Source of the DNA: Mobula hypostoma
Taxonomy: Eukaryota
Assembly: GCF_963921235.1 (NCBI RefSeq)
Contig: NC_086097.1
Location: forward strand, 194,372,001-194,436,000
Direction of reading: 5' to 3'
DNA length: 64,000 nucleotides
The notes under the pieces were generated by a model, which saw nothing but the letters and a program-made list of their open reading frames with translations, was not told where the DNA came from and ran no database searches. How positions within the stretch are numbered: the stretch's first letter is position 1; every line of letters begins with the position of its first letter. The position numbers were made by a program, and so were the translations under genes. This document shows positions 62,898 to 64,000 of the stretch, piece by piece.

Positions 62898-64000
62898 TAT
62901 CCACATGTAAAATAGCAAAACCCCAAAATCTTCACTGGATGAAAAAGGTTTTGAGTCATAAACATTGCAGCAAGTTCGTTTTAGATTTTCTATTTAAAAG
63001 GAATTGTCATATATATGATGGAATACAAAAAAACCCATTACAATAAAATTCTTTAAAGTAATCTTGGTTCGTATTTGAATTTAAATATCATAGAAATATC
63101 ACCCACAACAGCAATATCTCTTGCTTTTCAACATATAAAAAAATCCAATGGAATTTGCTGAGGCATAATTTTAAACAAAGCAAGGAAACAATGTAGAAGA
63201 AGATGATATTAAGAATTAGCTCAAAAGCTTAACCAAGGAAATGTAAGGATGGGATGGCCATTAAACAGCATTTTGTGAAACGTCAGCACAGTCTTCATTC
63301 TGCAGGCTGAGGAACATGGCTCTCAAGTGCAACTGCACAAACTACCTTGCCCATTAGCTGCATAGATTCCAAAATCATAATTTTCTTGTGCAATAATACT
63401 AACATGCAGGTCAACTTCCACGTCCAAATTGGGAGATGCACTGGCAGTCATACTGGAAGTGACAGCACTCTGTGGGAGGATGTGGCCAAGCTATTTTTAA
63501 GTTCCATTGAGGATGCTAATGCAATAAGTAGAGAAGAGTAATAATGTTCTGTTCTCAAAGGTCACCCAGAAAGCCATCTAATCTCATGTTGAAAAGTTTG
63601 AAGGAGTAGGATAGCCATGAAGGTTACTGCTCGGAATAAGGATAAGAGAATAATACTGAAGGAATGAAATCCCTTATTGTTCCAGTGCATGATGGAGAAA
63701 GCTGTATTCTAGGTAAATTCTCATCTCTGTTTGATTGTCACTGCCAGAAGAAAACGTAATGTGGCTAGGACTTTCAACAGAGAGCCTGTGGTTCCTCCTT
63801 TTTATAACAAGAGATGGCAAACTGTGTTGCAACTAACTCCAGCCTGGCAGGAGATTAAAACATAAAAGCTGTTTGCCTTTGTCAACATTATAGAAACTGC
63901 CATTACAATCCTTGTTGTGCTCTGAGGGTGGATTTAAAAATGCAGGATGTGTTAGAATCCAGTGACTCCTTTATTGAATTACTGAAGCACAGACAATTCA

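Noticed and set aside
1..64000. Bacterial-style RT systems (retron, DGR, group II intron, CRISPR-RT)
   Set aside because: All RT motifs belong to eukaryotic CR1, Rex1, RTE, PLE or Gypsy elements in decayed vertebrate DNA; there are no operons or repeat-spacer arrays.

Overview
This is a 64 kb transposon-saturated stretch of a vertebrate genome. It is most likely a cartilaginous fish (ray or shark), inferred from abundant HER1/CR1-type LINEs, HE1-like V-SINEs and Neptune-type Penelope elements. I found no recognisable host protein-coding gene, rRNA, tRNA gene or CRISPR array, so the window is intergenic or deep intronic. The ORFs I can recognise in the track are retroelement fragments; the rest are mostly antisense shadows or chance ORFs. 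Contents: many CR1 copies (two covering nearly all of ORF2), Rex1/Babar and RTE LINEs, Penelope-like elements (PLEs), a two-LTR chromodomain Gypsy provirus (52609-57636, TSD CAGAC), a solo LTR, a PNMA-like gag fragment, Tc1 and mariner relics, and several non-coding retroelements. The most unusual items are: (i) three tiny PLE-terminus insertions related to hammerhead ribozymes, each with its own TSD, one a 130-nt near-perfect palindrome; (ii) a stop-free ~500-codon chimeric ORF joining a non-coding retroelement 5' part to a PLE RT C-terminus plus intact GIY-YIG nuclease; (iii) a young, GC-rich RTE LINE; (iv) multi-level nested insertions; (v) two CTCF-like motifs. I cannot support a genuinely new host system. 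Boundaries without a stated TSD are approximate, and all family assignments are by eye, not by database search.
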